This document shows, piece after piece, positions 8,133-16,347 of a stretch of 32,000 nt of DNA; the stretch's first letter is position 1, and each line of letters opens with the position of its first letter. The DNA is taken from positions 958,505 to 990,504 of the forward strand of contig NZ_CM001976.1 in assembly GCF_000406145.1 (NCBI RefSeq), given 5' to 3'. A model generated the notes under the pieces. It was given only the letters and a program-made list of their open reading frames with translations. It was not told the DNA's origin and did no database searches. The translations under genes and the position numbers were made by a program. This stretch comes from Dickeya dadantii NCPPB 898 (GTDB lineage Bacteria; Pseudomonadota; Gammaproteobacteria; Enterobacterales; Enterobacteriaceae).

Positions 8133-8949
8133 CGGCTTCGGTTTCGAAATTGCTGCGGAACGGGTTGATGTCCAGACCGCCGCGACGGGTATAGCGGGCG
8201 AACACGGTCAGTTTTTCCGGCTGGCAGTAGCGCTTGAGGTCATTAAAGATACGCTCGACGCACTGTTCGTGGAATTCGTTGTGCTGGCGGAACGAAATCA
8301 GGTAACGCAGCAGCGCTTCCCGGTCGATTTGCCGGCCCTCGTACTTGATGACCACGCTGCCCCAGTCCGGCTGATAGGTAACCAGACAGTTGGACTTCAG
8401 CAGATTGGAACACAGGGTTTCCGCAACCACCGGCGCCTTATCGCGTACCGCATGCTGCAGATAATCCGGGTTGAAGCCGTAACCGTTCACTTCGATGTCC
8501 AGCTCGTCAATGTTGATGCCGGGTAGGGTATCGATCTGCGACGGGTAGCCGGTCAGGCCTGGGTACAGTGTGACCTTGACGTCGCCGTTGGCGGCGGCGG
8601 ACAGATCTTTGATCAAGGTAGCATGCACTTCGCCGATGTCGCGAAAGCGGGTCTGGTTGAAGCTGTTAAGGTACAGCTTGAACGATTTGGACTCGATCAG
8701 GTTTTCCGAACTGGCCGGGATGATGAATTCGGCGATGCCCACCAGCGGTTTTCCCTTGTGGTTGAGCCACGACAGCTCGAAGGCGGTCCACAGATCGTAA
8801 CCGTCAAACGGCAGGTCCGACCCGGTCAGGCCGACCAGATCGCGCCCGCGGGCGCGCGGCAGCGCTTCCAGCAGCGTCGGGTCGTATTTGTCCGGGTAGC
8901 TGGAGCGCACCCCCAGATGGGTAATGCTATCGTTTTCTGTAATATGCAT
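8107..8949 (-). CDS. queF: NADPH-dependent 7-cyano-7-deazaguanine (preQ0) reductase
   Basis: The 280-aa ORF closely matches my recollection of E. coli QueF/YqcD. Shared stretches include [65 protein letters not shown] and [16 protein letters not shown]. Confidence 0.93.
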   Translation of the reverse strand: MHITENDSITHLGVRSSYPDKYDPTLLEALPRARGRDLVGLTGSDLPFDGYDLWTAFELSWLNHKGKPLVGIAEFIIPASSENLIESKSFKLYLNSFNQTRFRDIGEVHATLIKDLSAAANGDVKVTLYPGLTGYPSQIDTLPGINIDELDIEVNGYGFNPDYLQHAVRDKAPVVAETLCSNLLKSNCLVTYQPDWGSVVIKYEGRQIDREALLRYLISFRQHNEFHEQCVERIFNDLKRYCQPEKLTVFARYTRRGGLDINPFRSNFETEAATGRLVRQ

Positions 8950-8954
8950 ATCGC

Positions 8955-9830
8955 TCAGTTCCTTGCTGGTACGGGTATGGCATGAATGTATTTTCTGAAC
9001 AGCCTGCGGGTACCGTAAATAGGGCCGACGCCCAACACCGCATAGACCACTTTGATCAGAAATTGCGACAGGATCATGGTGCGGATCACGTCAGAACTCA
9101 GCACATTATAAAACGCGATGGTGCAGAAAATCACACTGTCGACGGCAGAGGCGGTGACCGTGCTGGTGATCACGCGGATAAACAGGTAGCGGGACTTGGT
9201 CAGAATCTTGATTTTGTGCAGCACCCAGGCATTGATGTTTTCGGAGATCAGGTAGGCCAGCGATGAGGCCACCAGCACCGCCATCATGCTTTCGACGATG
9301 CCGCTATAGGTCTTGCTGTATTCCCATTCCGGCAAGCCGGGGATCAGGCTGGTGACCCACAGCCCGAGCACAAACGCCAGATGGAAGAAAAAAGCGATGA
9401 GAATGGTGCGGCGCGCCAGCCGCAGCCCATAAAATTCATTCAGAATATCCACCAGAATAAAGGTCAGCGGGTAGACGAAAACGGCGGGGGGCACGACCAG
9501 ATTCAGGGCCGGAATAAATATTGGTTTGACGCCGCTGACGGTGGAAAAAATATAAATGACGCAAAGCGCGGCGGTAATGATGAGGTATGCCAGCCAGGAT
9601 CGTTCGTTTCTGTCGCTGATGTCGTAGGCGGTGGTGATGTCTTTGCCGGAATAGAGTTTTTTGTACAGAGCATTGAGTTCGTGCCGGCTTAGGTCATCGG
9701 AGATTTCGCTGTCGACCAGTTCCTTGAGATCCATGTGGATCATCTTGCCGGTCGATAACACCATGATATTGGCTGACAGTTCGCCGCTGTGGTTGAACCC
9801 CAGCAGCTTGAATTTCCTGTTTGCATCCAT
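8955..9830 (-). CDS. YhhQ/DUF165 (VUT) family queuosine-precursor transporter homologue with an N-terminal extension of about 80 aa
   Basis: In the 291-aa ORF, residues from about 80 to 291 are a multi-TM region. It resembles E. coli YhhQ from memory (P.TF...D.L.E..G...ARR.I; SL.AYL.S...), including positively charged loops. The ATG at 9830 directly abuts the TAA of the upstream gene and follows AGGA with 5-nt spacing, so the extension appears to be translated. Confidence 0.78.
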   Translation of the reverse strand: MDANRKFKLLGFNHSGELSANIMVLSTGKMIHMDLKELVDSEISDDLSRHELNALYKKLYSGKDITTAYDISDRNERSWLAYLIITAALCVIYIFSTVSGVKPIFIPALNLVVPPAVFVYPLTFILVDILNEFYGLRLARRTILIAFFFHLAFVLGLWVTSLIPGLPEWEYSKTYSGIVESMMAVLVASSLAYLISENINAWVLHKIKILTKSRYLFIRVITSTVTASAVDSVIFCTIAFYNVLSSDVIRTMILSQFLIKVVYAVLGVGPIYGTRRLFRKYIHAIPVPARN

Positions 9831-10451
9831 TTATATCCTTTCCTCTATGATATATCCCAGCAGGACTGCGTCCTCGGGGCGTTTTCTGTCTGCCATGTCC
9901 GGCGAATCCGGGATGTCGACAAAAAATCCGGTGGCAGGAGAGTGACAGAGTATCGGCGTATCCGGCACCAGCGCAGGCGGCCGTTTGATGATGAGCAGCG
10001 CGCCGGGGTAGAAAGCGTCGCCAATCGGCGATTCGATCTGTACCGCCACCATGTTGGATTCCTCTCCGAAGAAATAGGTCAACGGATATTGAACCGCTAA
10101 CTGACCAATCTTGTGCTGCCGTGCCAACAACAGTTGCGACTGCGGAACGATGGGAATCGCCGCCGGGTTTTTATTGCCTTCAAAAGAGACGGTATTGTTC
10201 AGGCGCTCGACCTTTTCCAGATCGTAATCTTCGATTTCCTCACAGGACACGCCGAAGAAATCGGAAATACGATTGATGGTGGATTGCTGAACCTTGTTTA
10301 CCCTACCTTCAAGAATTTTGTAGATAGTGGTGCGCGTTACCCCGGTACGATTAGAAAACGAGGCTTTGGTTTCGCCTCGGGTACGCATCAGATATTCAAT
10401 ATTTTTAATGATATTAGTTTTGCGCTGAGCATTCGTTGTTTTCATGGTCAT
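9831..10451 (-). CDS. XRE/Cro-CI family HTH regulator with a C-terminal LexA/CI-like (S24-like) beta domain
   Basis: 206-aa ORF. The N-terminus carries the HTH KASFSNRTGVTRTTIYKILEGR...STINRISDFFGVS. The C-terminal 100 aa or so (VAVQIESPIGDAFYPGALLIIKRP...LLGYIIEE) resemble the S24 fold. I see no G-D-S-M context and no conserved Lys, so it is probably not self-cleaving. Confidence 0.78.
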   Translation of the reverse strand: MTMKTTNAQRKTNIIKNIEYLMRTRGETKASFSNRTGVTRTTIYKILEGRVNKVQQSTINRISDFFGVSCEEIEDYDLEKVERLNNTVSFEGNKNPAAIPIVPQSQLLLARQHKIGQLAVQYPLTYFFGEESNMVAVQIESPIGDAFYPGALLIIKRPPALVPDTPILCHSPATGFFVDIPDSPDMADRKRPEDAVLLGYIIEERI

Positions 10452-10670
10452 CCCTTCTCAGGTCAGTTCTCAGACAGGTTCATCTTACGATAAAGCGTTA
10501 CGTTCACCTATGCCGCCGGAAAGAAAAAAATCGGCAACCGCGGCGTGTAGCGGGCATGTATGACGGAGAAAAACAGGGGGGATAGTATGAACTTATTCAG
10601 TTTATTGGTGGTTGCTGTAATGGCGCCGTTAAAAATAGACACTAAAGATCATAATGTGTCCATTAATCTG

Positions 10671-10698
10671 TTGACTTGACTGTTTTTATTGCTATAAG
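10671..10698 (+). promoter_or_regulatory. candidate strong sigma70 promoter in the AT-rich intergenic core
   Basis: TTGACT (10671-10676), a 16-nt spacer, then TATAAG (10693-10698). It points rightward into an ORF-poor stretch that ends at a hairpin (10893-10914). Confidence 0.35.
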
Positions 10699-11108
10699 GT
10701 TTAGAAAAATTAATTAATCTGTGTGATACAGATAATTTACTATAACCATAAGATATAGTTAATAAACTAATTGGTTGTTTCTGACGTCACTGACGCAGAC
10801 CACCATCAATCCGACACCAGGGAACCCAGAACGGACGCTTAGCAGAGAGGTGAGAAAATAAGGGAGCGTCATTATCGATGACACACGCCGACGACGCTGC
10901 GCTTTGACGCAGCGTTGGCGTTTCTGGGGCTATTTGCCGCCAGCCACATCAATCTCCAGTCAAATTAATCTCCGGTCACCTATCACGTCGCTGGCTTGAT
11001 CTTGATCCGACAGCCGCCCGCATGGATATGAATATCGTTATAAAGAAAGACGGGCGTTCCGCGCCGACCTGATGCCGACGCGGGACGAGGCGTGATGAGC
11101 GCTGCGGG

Positions 11109-12839
11109 TTATTGCGGCGTTTCCGTCAGCGTAATGGCGTCGTACATCACCATGCCGCCCAGCAGTTCCAGCGTGATGCGGTTGCCGCCCTGTTGCAGTG
11201 CGCCCGCGGGCAACGGAATATGCGCTTCATGGTAACGACCGCTTTGCATGGCGCCCCGGTAGATGGACTTATCGTTGTCGTACTTCAGCGTGGTCAGCAA
11301 CTGGCCGTTGAGCCTCACCGCCAGTTGCGGTGAACTGGCCGGCGTGGTCATGCCGTTGTTGCTGGCGGCGGCGATAGCGATATTCAGGGTGTAAGGCTGC
11401 TCGGGCGTGCGGGTGTTGAACAGGATATGCCAGCTACCCGGTTGAGTCTGGGCGTAGTACCAGTCCTTACGTTCGCGGCTTTTGCCGATCTCGAAGATCA
11501 GGTCGGCCGGCACCTCGGTTTGCCAGCGATACTGACGTGGCTTGTCGCCGAAGCGGAACTCGTCGGCCCGGCGGTCGGCCTGACCGATGGCCCATGCCAG
11601 CGGCGCAGGTTGCTGCGCGTCAATTTGGCCGAGTCGGGTTTTCTTGCCTTCTACCCGCACGGTTTGTTGCGCCAGCAGGCCGATTTGCGTGCCGCCATCG
11701 GCGTAGGCCGACAGCCGATATTCACCCGGCGGCACATTGCTCAGGCTGAAACGGCCGTCGCGGTTGGTGCGGGCGCTGAACAGGTAACCGGTAGTCTGAA
11801 TATCAAAGTTTTCCGCGCTGCTGTTCAGCACCACCGTGGCGTGAGGCGCCTCGGTGCGCAGGCGGCCGCTGACGGTGGCGCGCTGGCGTGGATAGCGCGC
11901 ATCGTCCAGCCAGCGGTAGGGCCAACTGGCGCGCTCATGCTCGGCCCGGCGGCTGACGTCCGCCACCAGTTCCCGGTCGTTGCCCTGATTGATGTACAGC
12001 AGCCACGGACCGTAGAGTTTCTCAAAACCCGGCTGCGCCACCATATCCGGGGTGCCGAAGTGAGAACCGGTAAGATAGTTCAGGATAATCGCGTCCTGAT
12101 GCACCAGCAGTTCCTGTTTCAGCGCGTCGCCTGAGTAATACTCGCCGCTGGCGGGCACCATCCAGGCGCCGTAACCGTTGCCCATCACCCCCCAGTAGCG
12201 GCTTTCGCGTTGATAACCGGCAAAGTCGTATTTGGAGTAGACGCTACCGTCAGGCAACCGCCAGGTTTCATCCTGCACTTTCGGCAACTGCTCCAGTTCG
12301 TCGTACAGTAGCGGCGTGCCGCGCCGGATGCTGTTGAACAACGTGTCCAGCCGGGTGGCGTCGAAACGGTAAACGTTGCGCAGTTCGCTGACCGTCACCG
12401 GCGCTGAACCGGTGTTGGCGGCCACCACATAACTGTAAAGGCCGCTGACGTCGCGGGTCATGATCAGGTGATATTCCAGCCGCAGTTTGCCGTTCTGGTC
12501 GTCGATATAGGCCAGATGGACCTGATCCGGCGTCTGTTTGATCACCTCCAGTCGTTCCGGCACGAATTCGTTGACGCCGCCGGAGTAGTAATCGAGGTAA
12601 AAACTGCGGTTTTTATCCGGATCGCGCGCCGCGCCGGAGAGGCGGGAAATCAGGTTGGTGCCGCCTTTCCACACTTCCTTCGCGCTGCCGTCCGCGCCAA
12701 AGCGGACTTTCAGCAGCCCGTTGTCCAGCGTACTGTTCATGCCGTCGAGCGTCAGTTTCACCGCGCCTGTCGCCGTCAGCGGCAGCACGAATATCAGTGT
12801 CAACAACGGGGTACGCCATGCCTGCAGAGGTTTATTCAT
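11109..12839 (-). CDS. rhiE: rhamnogalacturonan (RG-I) lyase, polysaccharide lyase family 4, RhiE-like, secreted
   Basis: The track ORF runs 11109..12902. The probable start is the ATG at 12839 (MNKPLQAWRTPLLTLIFVLPLTATGA/VKL, a signal peptide), or 12845. The size (about 576 aa) and the three-domain beta-rich sequence (...GRFSLSNVPPGEYRLSAYADG...) fit PL4 RG lyases such as Dickeya dadantii RhiE. This is from memory. Confidence 0.8.
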   Translation of the reverse strand: MNKPLQAWRTPLLTLIFVLPLTATGAVKLTLDGMNSTLDNGLLKVRFGADGSAKEVWKGGTNLISRLSGAARDPDKNRSFYLDYYSGGVNEFVPERLEVIKQTPDQVHLAYIDDQNGKLRLEYHLIMTRDVSGLYSYVVAANTGSAPVTVSELRNVYRFDATRLDTLFNSIRRGTPLLYDELEQLPKVQDETWRLPDGSVYSKYDFAGYQRESRYWGVMGNGYGAWMVPASGEYYSGDALKQELLVHQDAIILNYLTGSHFGTPDMVAQPGFEKLYGPWLLYINQGNDRELVADVSRRAEHERASWPYRWLDDARYPRQRATVSGRLRTEAPHATVVLNSSAENFDIQTTGYLFSARTNRDGRFSLSNVPPGEYRLSAYADGGTQIGLLAQQTVRVEGKKTRLGQIDAQQPAPLAWAIGQADRRADEFRFGDKPRQYRWQTEVPADLIFEIGKSRERKDWYYAQTQPGSWHILFNTRTPEQPYTLNIAIAAASNNGMTTPASSPQLAVRLNGQLLTTLKYDNDKSIYRGAMQSGRYHEAHIPLPAGALQQGGNRITLELLGGMVMYDAITLTETPQ

Positions 12840-13170
12840 GTGCATCGTCCATTTGTCTTGTGATGTGTGGTGCGTTGTAGGGAGAGGAATACAGCAGTAC
12901 ACAGCCTAACGCGGTGATGAATGGCGCTCCTTTGTTGGATGGTCATCCGCGGGGCGAAGGTGGCAATAGCGCGAAGATCGGCGCGATCGGGATCATATTT
13001 GTCGATTCGGATGGTGTGGGGCTGCACTTGGGCTATTGGCGGTATAATTCGGTGAAAATCAGGTTATTTTTTTTAAAATCAACAAATTATATCGATAAGT
13101 AATTGAATAACACTCCGCTGCGGTTTTTCGCTATTATGCATTCCTCTCAAACCTGTACCTGATAGGCGCT

Positions 13171-13704
13171 ATGGAACGTTTTCTGGAAAATACGATGTAC
13201 GCTGCACGGTGGCTGCTGGCTCCGGTTTATCTGGGGTTATCGCTGGGATTACTGGCGCTGGCCATCAAGTTCTTTGAAGAAATCTGGCATGTCCTGCCGA
13301 ACATCTTTTCCATCGCGGAATCCGATCTGATCCTGACGCTGTTGTCGCTGGTGGATATGACGCTGGTGGGCGGGTTGCTGGTGATGGTGATGTTTTCCGG
13401 CTATGAAAACTTTGTGTCGGCGCTGGATATCGGCGAGGACAAGGAGAAGCTGAACTGGCTGGGCAAAATGGACGCCAGCTCGCTGAAAAACAAAGTGGCG
13501 GCGTCGATCGTGGCGATTTCGTCCATCCACCTGCTGCGGGTGTTCATGGATGCCAAGAACGTACCGGACAACAAGCTGATGTGGTATGTGATCATCCACC
13601 TGACTTTTGTGCTGTCGGCCTTTGTTATGGGCTATCTGGATTGGCTGTCCCGCCACGAACATCATGCCCATCATGGCGCCGACAAGGCTCAGGATAAGCA
13701 TTAA
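13171..13704 (+). CDS. yqhA: UPF0114 family inner-membrane protein YqhA
   Basis: Nearly identical over about 160 aa to my recollection of E. coli YqhA ([22 protein letters not shown]...[40 protein letters not shown]...). It carries an extra His-rich C-terminal tail. Confidence 0.93.
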   Translation: MERFLENTMYAARWLLAPVYLGLSLGLLALAIKFFEEIWHVLPNIFSIAESDLILTLLSLVDMTLVGGLLVMVMFSGYENFVSALDIGEDKEKLNWLGKMDASSLKNKVAASIVAISSIHLLRVFMDAKNVPDNKLMWYVIIHLTFVLSAFVMGYLDWLSRHEHHAHHGADKAQDKH

Positions 13705-13749
13705 GTCTCGTCATAAGCATTGATAACGATGCGTTGCTGCCATGAACGA

Positions 13750-13781
13750 CGCCCCCGGTCGATCGCCGGGGGCGTTTTTTT
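13750..13781 (+). terminator. rho-independent terminator of yqhA
   Basis: cgcccccgg / 7-nt loop / ccgggggcg followed by a run of 7 T. Confidence 0.88.
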
Positions 13782-13869
13782 CGCCCGTCAGGCGCGAAAC
13801 CGGGCGACAGCGGCGCTGTTGTCGTGTGATACAGTTTGTGCTGTGTGCGATCTACGGAGACGATGAGCC

Positions 13870-14763
13870 ATGCACCGACTTCCTCCCCTGCCGGCGTTGC
13901 GGGCCTTTCTGGCCGCCTGCCGGGCAGGAAGTTATACCGCCGCGGCCGAAGAACTGAATGTCACCCACGGCGCCATCAGCCGCCAGATCCGTATTCTGGA
14001 AACCTGGCTGGGGCAGACGCTGTTCGTACGCGCCGGCCAGTGCATGGTGCCGACGCTGCATGCGCAGGCGTTTGCTAAAGAGATGAACGACGTGCTGGCG
14101 GTGATGGACGAAGCCGCCCGCCGCTATGGTCGCGGTGAAGCCACCCAGGTGCTGCGCATCAGCGCGCCCGCTACCTTCACCATGCGCTGGCTGGCGCCGC
14201 GACTGCCGGCATTTTATCAGGCCAACCCCGGTACGCTGATTCAGATTCACACCGCGACCACCCAGCAACTGGCGATGACCAGCGGCTTTGATCTGGTGAT
14301 TCGCCTTGGCGTGTTCAACAGCGACCGCTTCAGCGCGTTGCCGTTTATGCAGGAGCATTACACCTTGCTGGCCGCGCCTTCGCTGCTGGCCCGTCAGCCG
14401 CTCGCCACACTGGCGGCGGTGACGAACCACACGCTGCTCGACACCGAAACCCGCCCGGGCTTCTGGCCGCAACTGTTTGATTTGGGCGGGGTGGTCGACC
14501 CCGGTACTCTCAACTGGCTGCGGTTTGATCACTTCTACGTCACTTACGCCGCCTTGATCGACGGGCTGGGCGTCGGGCCGGGACCGCTGCCGCTACTGGC
14601 GCGCGACGTGGCGCTAGGCCGGCTGACGGTGCCGTTGCCGGATCTGCGTATCGCCGAGCGCACCTACTATTTGCTGACGCCGGCCGGGCTGGCGAAAACT
14701 CGTCTGCATTATCGTTTTGAGCGCTGGCTGCAGGAAGAAGGCGCCAAACCGGATAATGCGTGA
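13870..14763 (+). CDS. LysR-family transcriptional regulator (GcvA-like subgroup)
   Basis: 297-aa ORF with the N-terminal HTH LPALRAFLAACRAGSYTAAAEELNVTHGAISRQIRILETWLGQTLFVR, followed by a LysR substrate-binding-type domain. Confidence 0.85.
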   Translation: MHRLPPLPALRAFLAACRAGSYTAAAEELNVTHGAISRQIRILETWLGQTLFVRAGQCMVPTLHAQAFAKEMNDVLAVMDEAARRYGRGEATQVLRISAPATFTMRWLAPRLPAFYQANPGTLIQIHTATTQQLAMTSGFDLVIRLGVFNSDRFSALPFMQEHYTLLAAPSLLARQPLATLAAVTNHTLLDTETRPGFWPQLFDLGGVVDPGTLNWLRFDHFYVTYAALIDGLGVGPGPLPLLARDVALGRLTVPLPDLRIAERTYYLLTPAGLAKTRLHYRFERWLQEEGAKPDNA

Positions 14764-14767
14764 CCCG

Positions 14768-14818
14768 CACTGATTCCTGACCCACACTGATACCTGACTC
14801 AAACTGATATCTGGCTCA
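14768..14818. repeat. 17-bp x3 tandem direct repeat (consensus CACTGATWYCTGRCYCA)
   Basis: The units are cactgattcctgaccca, cactgatacctgactca and aactgatatctggctca. They start 5 nt after the LysR stop and end 62 nt upstream of the NUDIX start. Confidence 0.85.
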
Positions 14819-14879
14819 CATTATTGTCATGCATCAACGGTACGGTGGGGCGGAATGACCGAATAAGGAGGTGGTAGCC

Positions 14880-15344
14880 ATGAATTATGTGCAGGAAATG
14901 CGTCAGTTGATCGGGCATCGCCCGCTACTGCTGGCCGGGTCTAACGTGATTGTGCTCAATGCGCGCCGGCAGGTACTGTTGCAGCACCGACTGGAGGGCG
15001 TCTGGGGATTACCCGGCGGTCTGCTGGAATTGGGTGAATCGCTGGAAGAGGCGGCGATTCGGGAAGTGCGTGAAGAAACCGGCTTGCAACTGAACGCGCT
15101 CGATTTTCTGAAGGTGTTCTCCGGTCCCGATCATTTTTTTACCTTGCCTAATCAGGATCAGATCTACGTGATTACCGCTCTGTATGTCTCCCATAGCTGG
15201 CAGGGCGATATCGTGGTGGATAAAACCGAATCGCGGGACGTGCGTTTCTTTGATCTTCAGGCATTGCCGACGCTGGGCGATGAGTACCGCGAATACCTTG
15301 ATTATTTTCTGTCATTGCCGTTATTACCGTCATTGCCGCGCTAA
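14880..15344 (+). CDS. NUDIX hydrolase
   Basis: Nudix box GLPGGLLELGESLEEAAIREVREETGL. The ATG at 14880 follows AAGGAGG with 8-nt spacing. The track's GTG at 14871 lies inside the SD. Confidence 0.87.
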   Translation: MNYVQEMRQLIGHRPLLLAGSNVIVLNARRQVLLQHRLEGVWGLPGGLLELGESLEEAAIREVREETGLQLNALDFLKVFSGPDHFFTLPNQDQIYVITALYVSHSWQGDIVVDKTESRDVRFFDLQALPTLGDEYREYLDYFLSLPLLPSLPR

Positions 15345-16069
15345 TGCGCGGGCAGCGTTTCCCACAGCAGCGACAGACCGGCGATCAGCATCATGCCGTC
15401 CACCAGCCGGTTGAACAGGGCATCGGACAGGCGCAGTACGAAGCGTTTGCCGATATACACCCCGGCCACCTGCGTTAGCCCGACCATCAGCCCGGCGCAC
15501 AACACCGACAGCGGCAGCGCGCCGACCACGCCGAAGGTGGCGGCTTTGGTCAGGTAGATCACCAGCGACGCGGCCGATTCGGTCGCCAGCAACGCGCCTT
15601 TCAGCAGGCCGTAACCGGCAAATAGCGGCAGCGTCAGCGGGCCGGTGGAAAACACCACGCCGGTGAGGAAGCCGACCACGCCGCCCGCCACCGCCAGTTG
15701 GCTATCGTTCAGGCTGAAGGCGCGCTGTCGGGCCAGATGGCGTAGCGGAATCAGCAGCAGAAAAAACAGACCGATGCACAGGCTGGATAAGCGTACCGGC
15801 ATCGCCCACAGCAGGCTGGCGCCGATTATCGACGCCGGGATGCCGGGCAGACAGTAGCAGCCCAACGCCCGCAAGTTGATGGCGTTACGCCACAGGATAA
15901 CCTTGGAAATGTTGCTCATGGTGGCGGCGATCGCCATGATCGGCACCGCCGCCTGCGGGCCGAACGCCCATGCCAGCGCGGGCAGCAGAATGATGGAGCC
16001 GCCGGTGCCGACGATGCCGCTGACGCTGCCGGCGAACAGGCCGAGAAGAAGAATCAGGATGTAGCTCAC
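15341..16069 (-). CDS. TauE/SafE family sulfite-exporter-like membrane permease
   Basis: The track ORF 15341..16579 is over-extended. The hydrophobic core is typical of TauE/SafE: SYILILLLGLFAGSVSGIVGTGGSIILLPALAWAFG... with a second repeat ...GGVVGFLTGVVFSTGPLTLPLF. I prefer the GTG at 16069, preceded by GAGGT. The alternative is the ATG at 16111. The stop overlaps the NUDIX stop by 4 bp (convergent). Confidence 0.8.
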   Translation of the reverse strand: MSYILILLLGLFAGSVSGIVGTGGSIILLPALAWAFGPQAAVPIMAIAATMSNISKVILWRNAINLRALGCYCLPGIPASIIGASLLWAMPVRLSSLCIGLFFLLLIPLRHLARQRAFSLNDSQLAVAGGVVGFLTGVVFSTGPLTLPLFAGYGLLKGALLATESAASLVIYLTKAATFGVVGALPLSVLCAGLMVGLTQVAGVYIGKRFVLRLSDALFNRLVDGMMLIAGLSLLWETLPAH

Positions 16070-16347
16070 GAGTGACCTCGCTGTGCGGATTGAGTTGTCT
16101 GCGGCGAGCATACCTGTGTGATAAGTGAATATCTCTGACGAAAAAATCACGAATACGTGAGTTAAATTCACACATTGGGTGACGCGGAGGCTACGGCCGC
16201 AAACGCCTTGACAGCCAATCTTCCGCTCGCATAGGGTGGAAACGGCAGGCGCGATGGACGGGTGAAATCCGCCGGCCGACGCCAATGGCGGTTTTACACA
16301 CAGCCTGACGTATCCGGTAACGAGAATAATAAACAAGGTGCTGCAAC

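Noticed and set aside
10452-10600. preQ1 riboswitch upstream of the regulator/YhhQ-like/queF operon
   Set aside because: I read the minus-strand leader and found no compact hairpin followed by an A-rich tail, and no conserved preQ1-I/II core-like sequence. This cannot be excluded without a covariance-model scan.
13852-14532. Large antisense ORFs opposite real genes: 13852..14532 -, 17557..18438 +, 19973..20872 -, 21379..22050 -, 26316..27326 +, 30330..31427 - and others
   Set aside because: Each lies opposite a gene with clear family motifs. Their products are low-complexity (R/G/H/Q-rich) with no recognisable domains. These are shadow ORFs expected in GC-rich DNA.
16148-16172. CRP-like site cGTGAgttaaatTCACA in the TauE/274-aa divergent promoter
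   Set aside because: The half-sites are separated by 7 nt rather than 6, and the left half is imperfect. The evidence is weak compared with the site at 4617-4632.
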